Shown here: positions 1-9,800 of the stretch, one piece after another
Layout: each line of letters begins with the position of its first letter
How positions within the stretch are numbered: position 1 is the first letter of the stretch
Made by a program: the position numbers and the translations under genes
Source: an uncultured Prevotella sp.
Lineage (GTDB): Bacteria > Bacteroidota > Bacteroidia > Bacteroidales > Bacteroidaceae
Length of the DNA: 64,000 nucleotides
Assembly: GCA_900770025.1 (NCBI GenBank)
Contig: CAAGIW010000051.1
Location: forward strand, 9,284-73,283
Direction: 5' to 3'
Notes under the pieces: model-generated
Seen by the model: only the letters and a program-made list of their open reading frames with translations
Database searches by the model: none
What the model was told of the DNA's origin: nothing

Positions 1-723
1 CAGGAGCAGCAGAACGTGATGATTGAAGGCGAAGTGCTCTTTGGCGGCACCTATACGCTGTCAAAGAAGGATGAACGCCTGAGCGACCTGATAAAGAGGG
101 CTGGCGGAGTGACTAACATGGCCTATGTGAAAGGAGCCCGACTGCTGAGAAAAGTGACAGAGGTGGAGCGCAAGCGCATGGAGGAAGTGGCAAAGATGCA
201 GCGCGAGCAGAAAGAGCAGGTGATGATAGAACAGGCCTTGAAGAGCGGACGCTCCACCGCTGATCTCAAGACATCTGCCGACTATTACAAATACGAAATC
301 CCAGAAAACTATCCCGTAGGTATCGAACTGGAAAAGGCACTTGCCAATCCTGGTAGTGATGCAGATATTGTGTTGCGCGAAGGCGACCGCCTCATCGTGC
401 CTCTCTACAACGGTACGGTGAAGATAAACGGAGAGGTGATGTACCCCAACACCGTAGGCTTCAAGAACGGCAAAAAGGTGAAATACTACATCAACCAAGC
501 CGGCGGATACAGCAATCAGGCAAAGAAAAGACAAACCTACATTATTTATATGAACGGCGACGTGGCCAAAGTGACCAGCAGCACCAAGGTGCAACCCGGT
601 TGCGAGATTGTGGTTCCGGCCAAGACCATGAACAAGATGTCCACCACCGAAACCATTGCATTAGCATCGGGTACAGCCTCCATAGCCACCATGATTGCCA
701 CATTGGTGAATTTGCTTAAATAA
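1..723 (+). CDS. Polysaccharide export protein, SLBB-repeat (Wza/KpsD-like); 5' end lies outside the window
   Basis: Frame open from base 1. SLBB-type repeats (LSDLIKRAGG; VKINGEVMYP..YYINQAGG) and a C-terminal hydrophobic helix; directly upstream of a chain-length gene. Confidence 0.85.
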   Translation, partial: QEQQNVMIEGEVLFGGTYTLSKKDERLSDLIKRAGGVTNMAYVKGARLLRKVTEVERKRMEEVAKMQREQKEQVMIEQALKSGRSTADLKTSADYYKYEIPENYPVGIELEKALANPGSDADIVLREGDRLIVPLYNGTVKINGEVMYPNTVGFKNGKKVKYYINQAGGYSNQAKKRQTYIIYMNGDVAKVTSSTKVQPGCEIVVPAKTMNKMSTTETIALASGTASIATMIATLVNLLK

Positions 724-762
724 CTGATTATGAGATTTCAACAACAATAATCTTCTGCAGAT

Positions 763-1800
763 ATGAAAGACCACACTGAAAGAGAAACAATCGCAACCAG
801 AATTGATTATAAACTGGTGTTCAAAAAAATATGGGGATACAGGAGAATATACTTTTACACACTGCCCATCGCATTTATACTTGCATCACTATATATTATC
901 TGCATTCCGAGAGAGTATCACGCCGAAACGAAGGTTGCCCCTGAGATGGGAAACAACTCGACGGCTGGAACACTGGGATCGATTGCCTCCTCTTTTGGAT
1001 TCGACTTGTCTGAAATGCAGACGACCGATGCCATCACTCCCCTGCTTTATCCTGATTTGATGGATGACAACGGATTTGTGATTTCATTACTGAAGATAAA
1101 GATTAAGACCGAGGAATTGGATACCGACTACTACACTTACCTCAAGAAGCATCAAAAACAGGCTTTTTGGAATGACATCATGGACTTCCTTACAAGTTTG
1201 TTTCCATCCAAAGACACAACAGTCAAAAAGAAATTTGACCCTTACAACCTTTCCAAAACAGACGATCAGATTGTGCAGAAAGTTAGAGGAGATATCAAGG
1301 TGTCAGTAGATAAAAAGACTGGTGTCATATCCATCTTGACAGGTGCCCAAGACGCAACTGTAGCCAAGATATTGGCCGACTCTACACGTGAGCGCTACCA
1401 ACAATTCATCACCACCTACAGAACCAACAAGGCAAGAATCGACATGACATATTATAAAGGATTGATGGATAACGCCAAAAAAGAATACGAGGATGTCTGT
1501 TACCAATACAGCAAGTATTCTGATTCAAACATGAACCTTCAATTGGAAGCATACAAGACCAAGCTCACGAATCTGGAAAACGAGATGCAGATCAAATACA
1601 ATACCTATACCACCGTTGTAACACAGTATCAGGCATCCAAGGCAAAAGTACAGGAGCGCACACCCGCCTTTATGGTGATTCAGGGAGCATCCGTGCCCAT
1701 CAAGCCCGACAAGCCCAAAAGGATGCTGTTCGTAGCCACCATGGTGTTTTTGGCTTTCATGGGCACCTCCGTATATGTGTTACGTGACATAATTTTATAG
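763..1800 (+). CDS. Chain-length determinant (Wzz/Wzc-like polysaccharide co-polymerase)
   Basis: N- and C-terminal TM helices, coiled-coil middle, and a Pro-rich motif VPIKPDKPKR before the second TM. Confidence 0.85.
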   Translation: MKDHTERETIATRIDYKLVFKKIWGYRRIYFYTLPIAFILASLYIICIPREYHAETKVAPEMGNNSTAGTLGSIASSFGFDLSEMQTTDAITPLLYPDLMDDNGFVISLLKIKIKTEELDTDYYTYLKKHQKQAFWNDIMDFLTSLFPSKDTTVKKKFDPYNLSKTDDQIVQKVRGDIKVSVDKKTGVISILTGAQDATVAKILADSTRERYQQFITTYRTNKARIDMTYYKGLMDNAKKEYEDVCYQYSKYSDSNMNLQLEAYKTKLTNLENEMQIKYNTYTTVVTQYQASKAKVQERTPAFMVIQGASVPIKPDKPKRMLFVATMVFLAFMGTSVYVLRDIIL

Positions 1801-1807
1801 TCAAATC

Positions 1808-3352
1808 GTGCATCAGCAATCAGTTCATAAAACCAAACGGATTTTTTCCAATTCCCTGGTGTTGTTCTGCCGCATGCTTTTGCTTACTCTGATAAATCTG
1901 CTGTCGGTAAGAGTATTGCTAAAAGGTCTTGGGATTGAAGATTATGGCATTTACAATGCCGTAGCGGGTTTGGTTTGCACTGCCACGTTTATCGTCACCG
2001 TGCTGACTGATGGGATGCAACGCTTCTACTCTATCTCGCTTGCGGAAAAAGACAGTCAGAAAACCCGTGTATTGTTTTCTGCAAGCATCCATATTGTAGT
2101 GGTCTTGGCAATATTGCTCACACTGGTTTTTGAGAGTGTGGGTTCGTGGTTTCTCAACACTTTCCTGACAATTCCCTACAACAGATTACAAGCAAGTAAC
2201 ATTGTCTTCCAGTTGTCTTTTTTCAGTTTCATCATTCAGATTGTCCAAATACCATTCATGGCAACAGTTTTTGCCAACGAGAAAATGGGATGGTATGCTC
2301 TTTTCTCTACTGTTGAGTGTCTTTTGCGTTTTACGTTTGCCCTATTGATTGGACACTTTGCCATGGACAATATGGTGTTTTATGCCACAGGCTATTTCTT
2401 TACATCTGTGGTTGTATTTTCGCTTTATCTGATAGAAATATGGAGAAATCACCCCGAATGCAGGTTGACAAGACATATCGAAAAAGACACATACAAGAAC
2501 TTGCTGTCGTTTTCAGGATGGACGGCATTGGGAGCAACAGCAAATATGGGGCTGTTTCAGGGGAGCACGCTATTGCTGAACATCTTTTTTGGTCCTGTCT
2601 TGAATGTTGTATTTGCCATTGCTCTGCAAGTTTACAATGCTTTTACTTCCCTGTGCAACAATATAGTGACAGCATTCAAGCCAGCAATGATCAAATCGTA
2701 TGCCAAAACCGATTACGACTATTTGACTTCCCTGTTTATGATAGGCAACAAAGCCATTTTCTCTCTGACGGCCTTGGTTGCAGTGCCACTATGTGTAGAA
2801 ATGCCATGGGTATTGTCTGTATGGTTAGGCGAGGTCCCCTTGGAGACACCTCTGTTTTGCAGACTTATGATACTATTGGTTTTGTGCCTGTCTTTAAACA
2901 GTCCTATAACCATCATTGTCCAAGCCTCTGGCAGGGTGAAGAACTATCATCTTTTGGTTGACTCCATCATGCTCATGTGTGTTCCCGTTTCACTCGTAGT
3001 GTTTGCCTTAGGCGGTCGCAGCCACTATATCATGTTTACCATGGTTTTGCTGAGTATATTGGCACATGGAACAAGATTATACTATCTGAAAAAAATCTTT
3101 CCGCCCATCAGTATTGCGCTTTATGCAAAAGATTTTCTTCTGCGTGCAGTCATAGTCATCTGTATTGCCTTTATGATTACATGGGAGGTGCACCACATGG
3201 CCGGGGTAACATTATTCGGCAAATTCACGGTAGTGGTTTGTTCCACCACGGTCATTGCATTCTCCACCCTGTTTCTTGTTTTAGATGCACGAGAGAGGGA
3301 ACATATCATCAAACTCATAAAATCACTCAAATCACCAAAATATGGAATTTAG
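1808..3352 (+). CDS. Oligosaccharide flippase (Wzx, MOP superfamily)
   Basis: 514 aa polytopic membrane protein; N-terminal 'LGIEDYGIYNAV' motif; locus context. Confidence 0.85.
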   Translation: MHQQSVHKTKRIFSNSLVLFCRMLLLTLINLLSVRVLLKGLGIEDYGIYNAVAGLVCTATFIVTVLTDGMQRFYSISLAEKDSQKTRVLFSASIHIVVVLAILLTLVFESVGSWFLNTFLTIPYNRLQASNIVFQLSFFSFIIQIVQIPFMATVFANEKMGWYALFSTVECLLRFTFALLIGHFAMDNMVFYATGYFFTSVVVFSLYLIEIWRNHPECRLTRHIEKDTYKNLLSFSGWTALGATANMGLFQGSTLLLNIFFGPVLNVVFAIALQVYNAFTSLCNNIVTAFKPAMIKSYAKTDYDYLTSLFMIGNKAIFSLTALVAVPLCVEMPWVLSVWLGEVPLETPLFCRLMILLVLCLSLNSPITIIVQASGRVKNYHLLVDSIMLMCVPVSLVVFALGGRSHYIMFTMVLLSILAHGTRLYYLKKIFPPISIALYAKDFLLRAVIVICIAFMITWEVHHMAGVTLFGKFTVVVCSTTVIAFSTLFLVLDAREREHIIKLIKSLKSPKYGI

Positions 3353-4649
3353 GCTCTTCGACAATATTTTGATGATCTCCTACCTGTTGGCATGGGTGTT
3401 TACGCTGATATGGTATCAACGGAAAGAAAAGGCATTTGATGCAGGTTCAGCCATTATCATTTCATACGTTTTTTATGCATTCATATCTTGGTTGAGCTTG
3501 AACGACGAAATGTTTAACGACAGTTACGAGCCCTTGACCTTATTCCCATTTGTCTATCTGTACGGTATGCTGATGCTGGCACTGCTTCCAACCATATATC
3601 ACCATCTGCACCCCACAGACACGATAGCCCCGCCTCACACCCGACTGATTTATGCAGTATGCCTTGTCAGCATTGTTTGCGCCATTGGCTTAATCAAAGA
3701 CTTGTCTGGCAATCTGCAACAAGGCTTGTTCAAACTTGTGACAGATACAGATGCGGGAAAAGAAGCCTATATGGAACAAGCGAAGGAAGCAGCCGACAAC
3801 GCACGCGGCGGTATAGAGAACCTGCTGTCCGTAATCTACAACAGCATATCAGACATTATGATATTCGTGTTCTTTTATTTGCTCACCACCTACAAGAAGA
3901 ACAAGATAATGGTAAGTCTGATGCTGTTTTGTGTCACGATTGGCATGATATCTCCGGTGATGCACGGTCAAAGAACGGGTATTATGATGACCATATTTTC
4001 GATGATTGTAGGCTACATGGTTTTCAAGAGATACCTTTCAGCCACCGTCAACAAAATCGCTAAAATCATTGGAGTCGTTTTCCTCATTGTAGTCAGTGTC
4101 CCGATTGTAGCCATCACCTTCAGCCGTTTTGCCTCTCGTGCAGCAGGAGTTACCGGCTATCTTAACTGGTATGTTGGACAGGCAAACCTGTATTTCAACA
4201 ATCATGCCTTGGATGCAGGAGGAACACGAAACGGAGACAGAGTGATCAATCTGTTTAAACGTCTCATTGATTCCGACACGCCATCAAACTATGTCGAGCG
4301 CAGAGAGATGTACAAGAATCTTGCCATTGATGACAATCTTTTCACAACATTTGTCGGTGACTTCTGCATCGACTTTGGTCCACTGATGGCAGTTTTCATC
4401 TTTCTTGTTTTTTACCTTTGGTCGCTATCAAGAGTACAAACAGCAGACAAGACCATACAACTGCACCAACTGTTTCTTTTGTATTTCACCATGTGCATCG
4501 CCATGCAAGGAGGAATGTATTTATTTGCATACGCAGACACTGGCAACCTTAAAATTGTCACAGCCATGCTTTTCTATGGCTACCTGGTTTATCATGAACT
4601 GTTACTGAAGAAATATCCACTACAAAACACACCGCAATGCAGACAATAA
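3342..4649 (+). CDS. O-antigen/polysaccharide polymerase (Wzy-like)
   Basis: About 10 hydrophobic segments with a large loop; overlaps wzx; locus context. Confidence 0.7.
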   Translation: MEFRLFDNILMISYLLAWVFTLIWYQRKEKAFDAGSAIIISYVFYAFISWLSLNDEMFNDSYEPLTLFPFVYLYGMLMLALLPTIYHHLHPTDTIAPPHTRLIYAVCLVSIVCAIGLIKDLSGNLQQGLFKLVTDTDAGKEAYMEQAKEAADNARGGIENLLSVIYNSISDIMIFVFFYLLTTYKKNKIMVSLMLFCVTIGMISPVMHGQRTGIMMTIFSMIVGYMVFKRYLSATVNKIAKIIGVVFLIVVSVPIVAITFSRFASRAAGVTGYLNWYVGQANLYFNNHALDAGGTRNGDRVINLFKRLIDSDTPSNYVERREMYKNLAIDDNLFTTFVGDFCIDFGPLMAVFIFLVFYLWSLSRVQTADKTIQLHQLFLLYFTMCIAMQGGMYLFAYADTGNLKIVTAMLFYGYLVYHELLLKKYPLQNTPQCRQ

Positions 4650-5800
4650 ACGCAAGACTTATCGCACTATATCTCCCCCAGTTTCATCCCATACCAGAGA
4701 ACGATCTGTGGTGGGGCAAGGGATTTACCGAATGGACCAATGTAAGAAGGGCAAGACCCCTATTCAAAGGGCATATCCAACCGAGGATTCCTGCCGATTT
4801 GGGGTATTACGATTTGCGGGATTCCAAAACAAGACAGGAACAAGCCCGAATGGCACAGGAAGCCGGAATAGAAGGATTTTGCTACTACCACTACTGGTTT
4901 AACGGGAAACAACTACTCGAACGCCCATTGAACGAGGTGGTAGCATCCGGCGAACCCGATTTCCCCTTTTGCCTGTGCTGGGCCAACCATACATGGAGCA
5001 ACAAAACATGGCAAAGAAATTCTGCCGTTCAGAAAAATTCCATCCTAATTGAACAAACCTATCCGGGATATGATGATGATGTAAACCACTTCATGTCACT
5101 TTTAAACACCTTTAAAGACAAACGATACATCAAAGTGGACGGACGACTGCTGTTTGCCATCTACGACAGTATTGGCTTCCCTCACGTAAGGCAGTTCATG
5201 GACACTTGGAACAAACTGGCAAAAGAAAATGGACTTCCAGGATTCTATTTCGTAGGAATGGTGCCATCCACACTCACCTTCAACATCGACAAGAACGGCA
5301 AACGCCGCTACGCCAACCCTAATCTGAAAAGCAGTGCCAACATTTTCAGCCACGTCCTTTCATTGGGGTTTGACGCTGTAAACTCATTAGGCAAGCGGAG
5401 GGGCGAAATGCTCTATGAAGGAAGGCTGACAAGCATCCTTAAAAGAGGACTACGCCTTGCAGGCATCCATATCGGGAAAAAGACCTATGATTATGAAAAG
5501 ACAGTAGCCAATTTCTTCGCTCCGGAAGACAAATGGGAGAACGTATATCCCACAGTTCTGCCTCAATGGGACAGGACACCGCGCACACGAGATGCCGAGG
5601 GCGTCTATGTGAATGCCACCCCGGAAAAGTTTGAGAAGCACTTGCAGCAGGCACTCGACATTGTACGGCATAAAGAGAAAGAACACAGAATCATATTTCT
5701 GAAATCATGGAATGAATGGGGAGAAGGGAATTATGTAGAACCAGACACCATTCACGGACACGGTTTTCTTGAGGCGATAAGAAAAGTCATTACCCATTGA
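4637..5800 (+). CDS. WbsX-family glycosyltransferase / GH99-like domain protein
   Basis: Motifs YLPQFHPIPENDLWWGKGFTEW, FCYYHYWF and SWNEWGEGNYVEPD. Confidence 0.9.
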   Translation: MQTINARLIALYLPQFHPIPENDLWWGKGFTEWTNVRRARPLFKGHIQPRIPADLGYYDLRDSKTRQEQARMAQEAGIEGFCYYHYWFNGKQLLERPLNEVVASGEPDFPFCLCWANHTWSNKTWQRNSAVQKNSILIEQTYPGYDDDVNHFMSLLNTFKDKRYIKVDGRLLFAIYDSIGFPHVRQFMDTWNKLAKENGLPGFYFVGMVPSTLTFNIDKNGKRRYANPNLKSSANIFSHVLSLGFDAVNSLGKRRGEMLYEGRLTSILKRGLRLAGIHIGKKTYDYEKTVANFFAPEDKWENVYPTVLPQWDRTPRTRDAEGVYVNATPEKFEKHLQQALDIVRHKEKEHRIIFLKSWNEWGEGNYVEPDTIHGHGFLEAIRKVITH

Positions 5801-5812
5801 GCCACCTGCACC

Positions 5813-6631
5813 ATGAAAGAAATAAGCGTCATCATCCCCACCTACAAACCACAAGACTACCTCTGGCAATGCCTGGAAAGTTTGGAAAGGCAGACAGTTT
5901 CAAAAACACTGTATGAGGTTGTCATCATTTTGAACGGCTGTAAGGAACCATATTACAGCAACATTTCAAACCGTCTGAAAGACTATACGATGGATGTTCG
6001 CCTGCTGCAGACCGACGAAGCAGGGGTTTCTTACGCCCGCAATATCGGTATAGAGAATGCTCAAGGCAAGTATGTCACCTTTGTGGATGACGACGACTGG
6101 GTTTCTTTGGATTATCTTTCCGAACTATATCGTTGCGCACCCACAAACCACGGCATTGTGGCTGCAAACGTAAAAGCCATAGACGATGCCACCAAGGCAG
6201 AACACTCCGACTATCTTTCCGACGTGTTTTCCCGATTGCACATGCTGCATACCACAAGCATGTTCAAGGCACACCGCCTGCTCTCATCAGCCTGCTGCAA
6301 ACTCATCCCCAAAGCACTGATTGCCGAAACACGCTTCTGTACGTCATTAAAACGCGGAGAAGATGCACTGTGGATGGCAAAAATAAGCAAAAGAATACAC
6401 ACTGTAACCTTCACGTCTCCCACAGCAGTATATTTCAGAAGACTGAGAGTGAACTCCGCCTCCAGGAAAAGCCTCTCTTATTCCACGATTTTCAAGGAAA
6501 TGGCAACCCTGCAACACCACTTCATCACCACCTACCTAAGTGACATGAGACACTACAATCTCCTGCTTTTCTGCCACCGTGTCTTGGCCGTTGCCAAAGA
6601 TGCCATACAAAGATGTTTTTTTGCCGCCTAA
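5813..6631 (+). CDS. GT2 family glycosyltransferase
   Basis: ISVIIPTYK, GVSYARNIG and FVDDDD (DxD) motifs. Confidence 0.9.
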   Translation: MKEISVIIPTYKPQDYLWQCLESLERQTVSKTLYEVVIILNGCKEPYYSNISNRLKDYTMDVRLLQTDEAGVSYARNIGIENAQGKYVTFVDDDDWVSLDYLSELYRCAPTNHGIVAANVKAIDDATKAEHSDYLSDVFSRLHMLHTTSMFKAHRLLSSACCKLIPKALIAETRFCTSLKRGEDALWMAKISKRIHTVTFTSPTAVYFRRLRVNSASRKSLSYSTIFKEMATLQHHFITTYLSDMRHYNLLLFCHRVLAVAKDAIQRCFFAA

Positions 6632-6841
6632 CTCAAGAATGTGGAAGGAAGAAGCTAAACAGGAGTTCATCAAGCTTCGCAAGTGACGAAATTATAGTGG
6701 AAAGGCGGCTAAAAACGTTAAACCCAAAGCCACCCAATTATTATACATAAATCGCTGTTTTCAATCTGCGCTATATGATGGCAAGCAAGAATGGTGAAGT
6801 CAGGAAAGGATAGGCATTCAGTTAGAAACAGAACAGAGCAT

Positions 6842-9800
6842 TCAGTTGGGAACTGAACAGGGCAAGCAGGCTACCTTCCATATTTCGTAACAAAGGGGGA
6901 TGGTTTTGGATACACCGCCTGATTCATAGCGAAATGTGGTGCGTGCCGACTTGATGTGGGCTACGTGTTGGCTCAGCAACCGTTTGAAAACGGTAAAAGA
7001 ACGTATCTTAGCATCATGTTCAGAGTGTTGGATAACGAAGACATAGCGGTTGAGGGGGTGTCTCTTCATCACCGCAATCATCCGGTTTGCAAGGTTCTCG
7101 GTGAAGGAACTGTCCACATTGGAAAAGAAAAAAGACATGTTGAAAACAACAAGGTTAGGCACCTCGGAGACCGATACCCAGTAACTGTCATCCAACTTGT
7201 CGAACGACTCCACAATCGACATACGCATATGTCCTCCCGTTGCATCGCCCAGCAGTTTTTCGGCCATTGCCTTCATCGCCGCCGACACGTCGATGCCTGT
7301 ATAATGAATCTGCGGAAACTGACTGAACAATTGTTCTGCAAACGCAATGCCGCACGTGGCAGGACCACATCCCACGTCTATCATCCAGATTCTTCCATTC
7401 GTCTCCTTAGCCAAGGACGACAGCCATCCGCCATGCGAATGGTAAATTGCCTTTGCACTGCAATAGTGCATGCGCATGATGTAGTAACAGTAAAGCAGCA
7501 CCTGATCATCGGGACTGATCGCCACATTCCTTCCCAACTCCCTGCTATACACCGAAAGCGGACTTGAGAAGTCAACACGCCCATAGTTGATGAGCGACAT
7601 ATTGACGTCCATCGCATTGCCAAGAATAATGTGGCTCCACCTTGTGCGCGGGTCTTGCCTGATGGCTTTGAAGACGTGCCTGCCAAACGAAGCGGCAAAC
7701 AAGGCATTCATTCCGAACACATCCTGTGACAGATCTGCCTCGCTCACTTCTGCACTCTCGGGCACACGAAACCTCCCCGCACAATAATCCTCCACAGGCA
7801 CATCGAAGTAGCCGCCCTTGCTTCTCACAAACTCCATGAGCTTGTAGAACGTGAAGTTTTCGTTGAGCAGCACCGGATTGCCTATGAGCACAAGATTCAG
7901 GCGGGCGCGGGTCATGGCCACATTCAACTTGCGGTCGATGGTCAACCCGTCTTCTTCAAACACATTATTGGTGAGGAAGTTGAGCTGATAGGGCTGTTGG
8001 ATGGTGAAACCATAGATGATATAGTCGCGCTGGCTGCCTTGATAGCGTTCCACGGTGTCGATGGTGATGTCGTGAAGACAAGGAATACTTGACTTGTCTA
8101 TTTCGTTGCGGACAGTTGAAATCTGGTTGCGGTAAGGCACGATGACACCAACCGTTTCCGCAGGATTGAAACTGTCGGATGCCAACTCATAGATGGCACG
8201 CACAGTGGCGGCTATCATTCGGGCCTCAACGGCATTGGTTTTGGCAGAAGGCGAGAACAAGGGCGGTTCGGCCGCCACGAAAGATATGCGACAGGCAGTG
8301 AGCATAGCCATGATGCCATTGCCGCCTTCCCTGCGGTGATTGGCTAACTGCTGGTGATCGAGCGGCACGATATCGAGCTTGTTGCCATAGAAAGCATAGT
8401 TAGGAAACTCCGCAATATCCTTGTGCATTCTTCCCTGCTTCGTAAGCATATACACAAATCGCTCGTCATATCCGTCAGCCGTCTTGAACTGCTGCAGCAG
8501 GCGCTGAAACAGCGACATGCCGCAATCACGGAGATGGATGGCATTGAGTTCCGGCTCTGTCACGAAAGATTCCTCTGGTGCCTGCTGAACGACTGCCGGC
8601 AATTGTTTGTGGTCGCCAATGAGCACAAAGCGGGCAATGCTGCAACGGTTGTCTCTTTGCGCACTCAACAGTCCTATGAGATGCGGTTCAAGAATCTGTG
8701 AAGATTCATCCACAATGGCAAGGCTGAAATGCTTTATCTGCAACAGCGACATATTGGAATTAAGAGCAGCAGTTGTTCCACAGAACACCCTCGTTGAATG
8801 AATCAGCTTATTGACAGAATTGCCGTCACGCATTGCCGCCACCCTGATACTGAGCAGGTAGCTGCGGTATTCCTTGGCGCACGAAAGATCGGTCCCTATA
8901 CGCACGAAGTCAAAATCGGGATGCTCCTTTCTCATTTCAACCAACTTGCTGCATATCTCGTCAACCGCACGGTTGGTATATGACAGGAGCAACACGTTCG
9001 TATCTTTCTCAAGCAGTTCTTCCTTGAGCAGATTCACCAAGCCAAACGATGTCTTGCCCGTCCCCGGAGGCCCGATGATGAGAAACAGGTCTTTTGCCTG
9101 CTTGGCATGTTCTACTAACGGATTGAAGTCCCCATATTCTCCCTTGCGGTGTATCTTGGTGTCACATTCCGGCGGGCGTTGCAAAAGGAGGAGTTCTCTG
9201 CGTGGTGTTGGAGCAGACAAGAAAGAGTGCATGGCACTGTAAAGCGCCCCTGTCATGGAATCAAACAGGTCGTGCTCAATCGCCCAAAGCGTGCCTTCCG
9301 GTTTATTCCCGATAACCTTTCTGTCTGTCTGGCTGTTGCGCAGTCGCAGTTCTATCCCATCCTTCCGTATGTCAACGATAGAAGCCCGATGCACCATCTG
9401 GGCACATGCGTTGGGCACCCTTGTCTTGTCGTCATAATTGTAGGGATAGAGTATCACGATGTCGCCGATGCGGAAATTCGTTGTATCGTCCAACTGCGGC
9501 GAACTGAAGCGCAGCCTTACTCCACTGACCGATGCCTCCTGATCGTCTTCATACACAAAACCATCCACAGACAGGCCGTCATATATATTGCCAGCCACCT
9601 TTTTGTCTTCGAGCGTATCGTTCCATATAGAGGCAAAACCAGAATTCTCCTTGAGCTTGTTTCCCACCTTTGCCAGCAGTTGCTCGTTTTCGATGAAGCG
9701 CAGGAAGCGGAGATAATACAGCAGTTCAAGCCTTGTGGCATTCGCTATAGGAGCAAGAAGTGCCGAAAGCTGGGGCTTCACATGGTCTTCCCACAAGCGT

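Noticed and set aside
6632..6690. Possible gene tail (SRMWKEEAKQEFIKLRK*) after the GT2 stop
   Set aside because: Too short to assign without a search.
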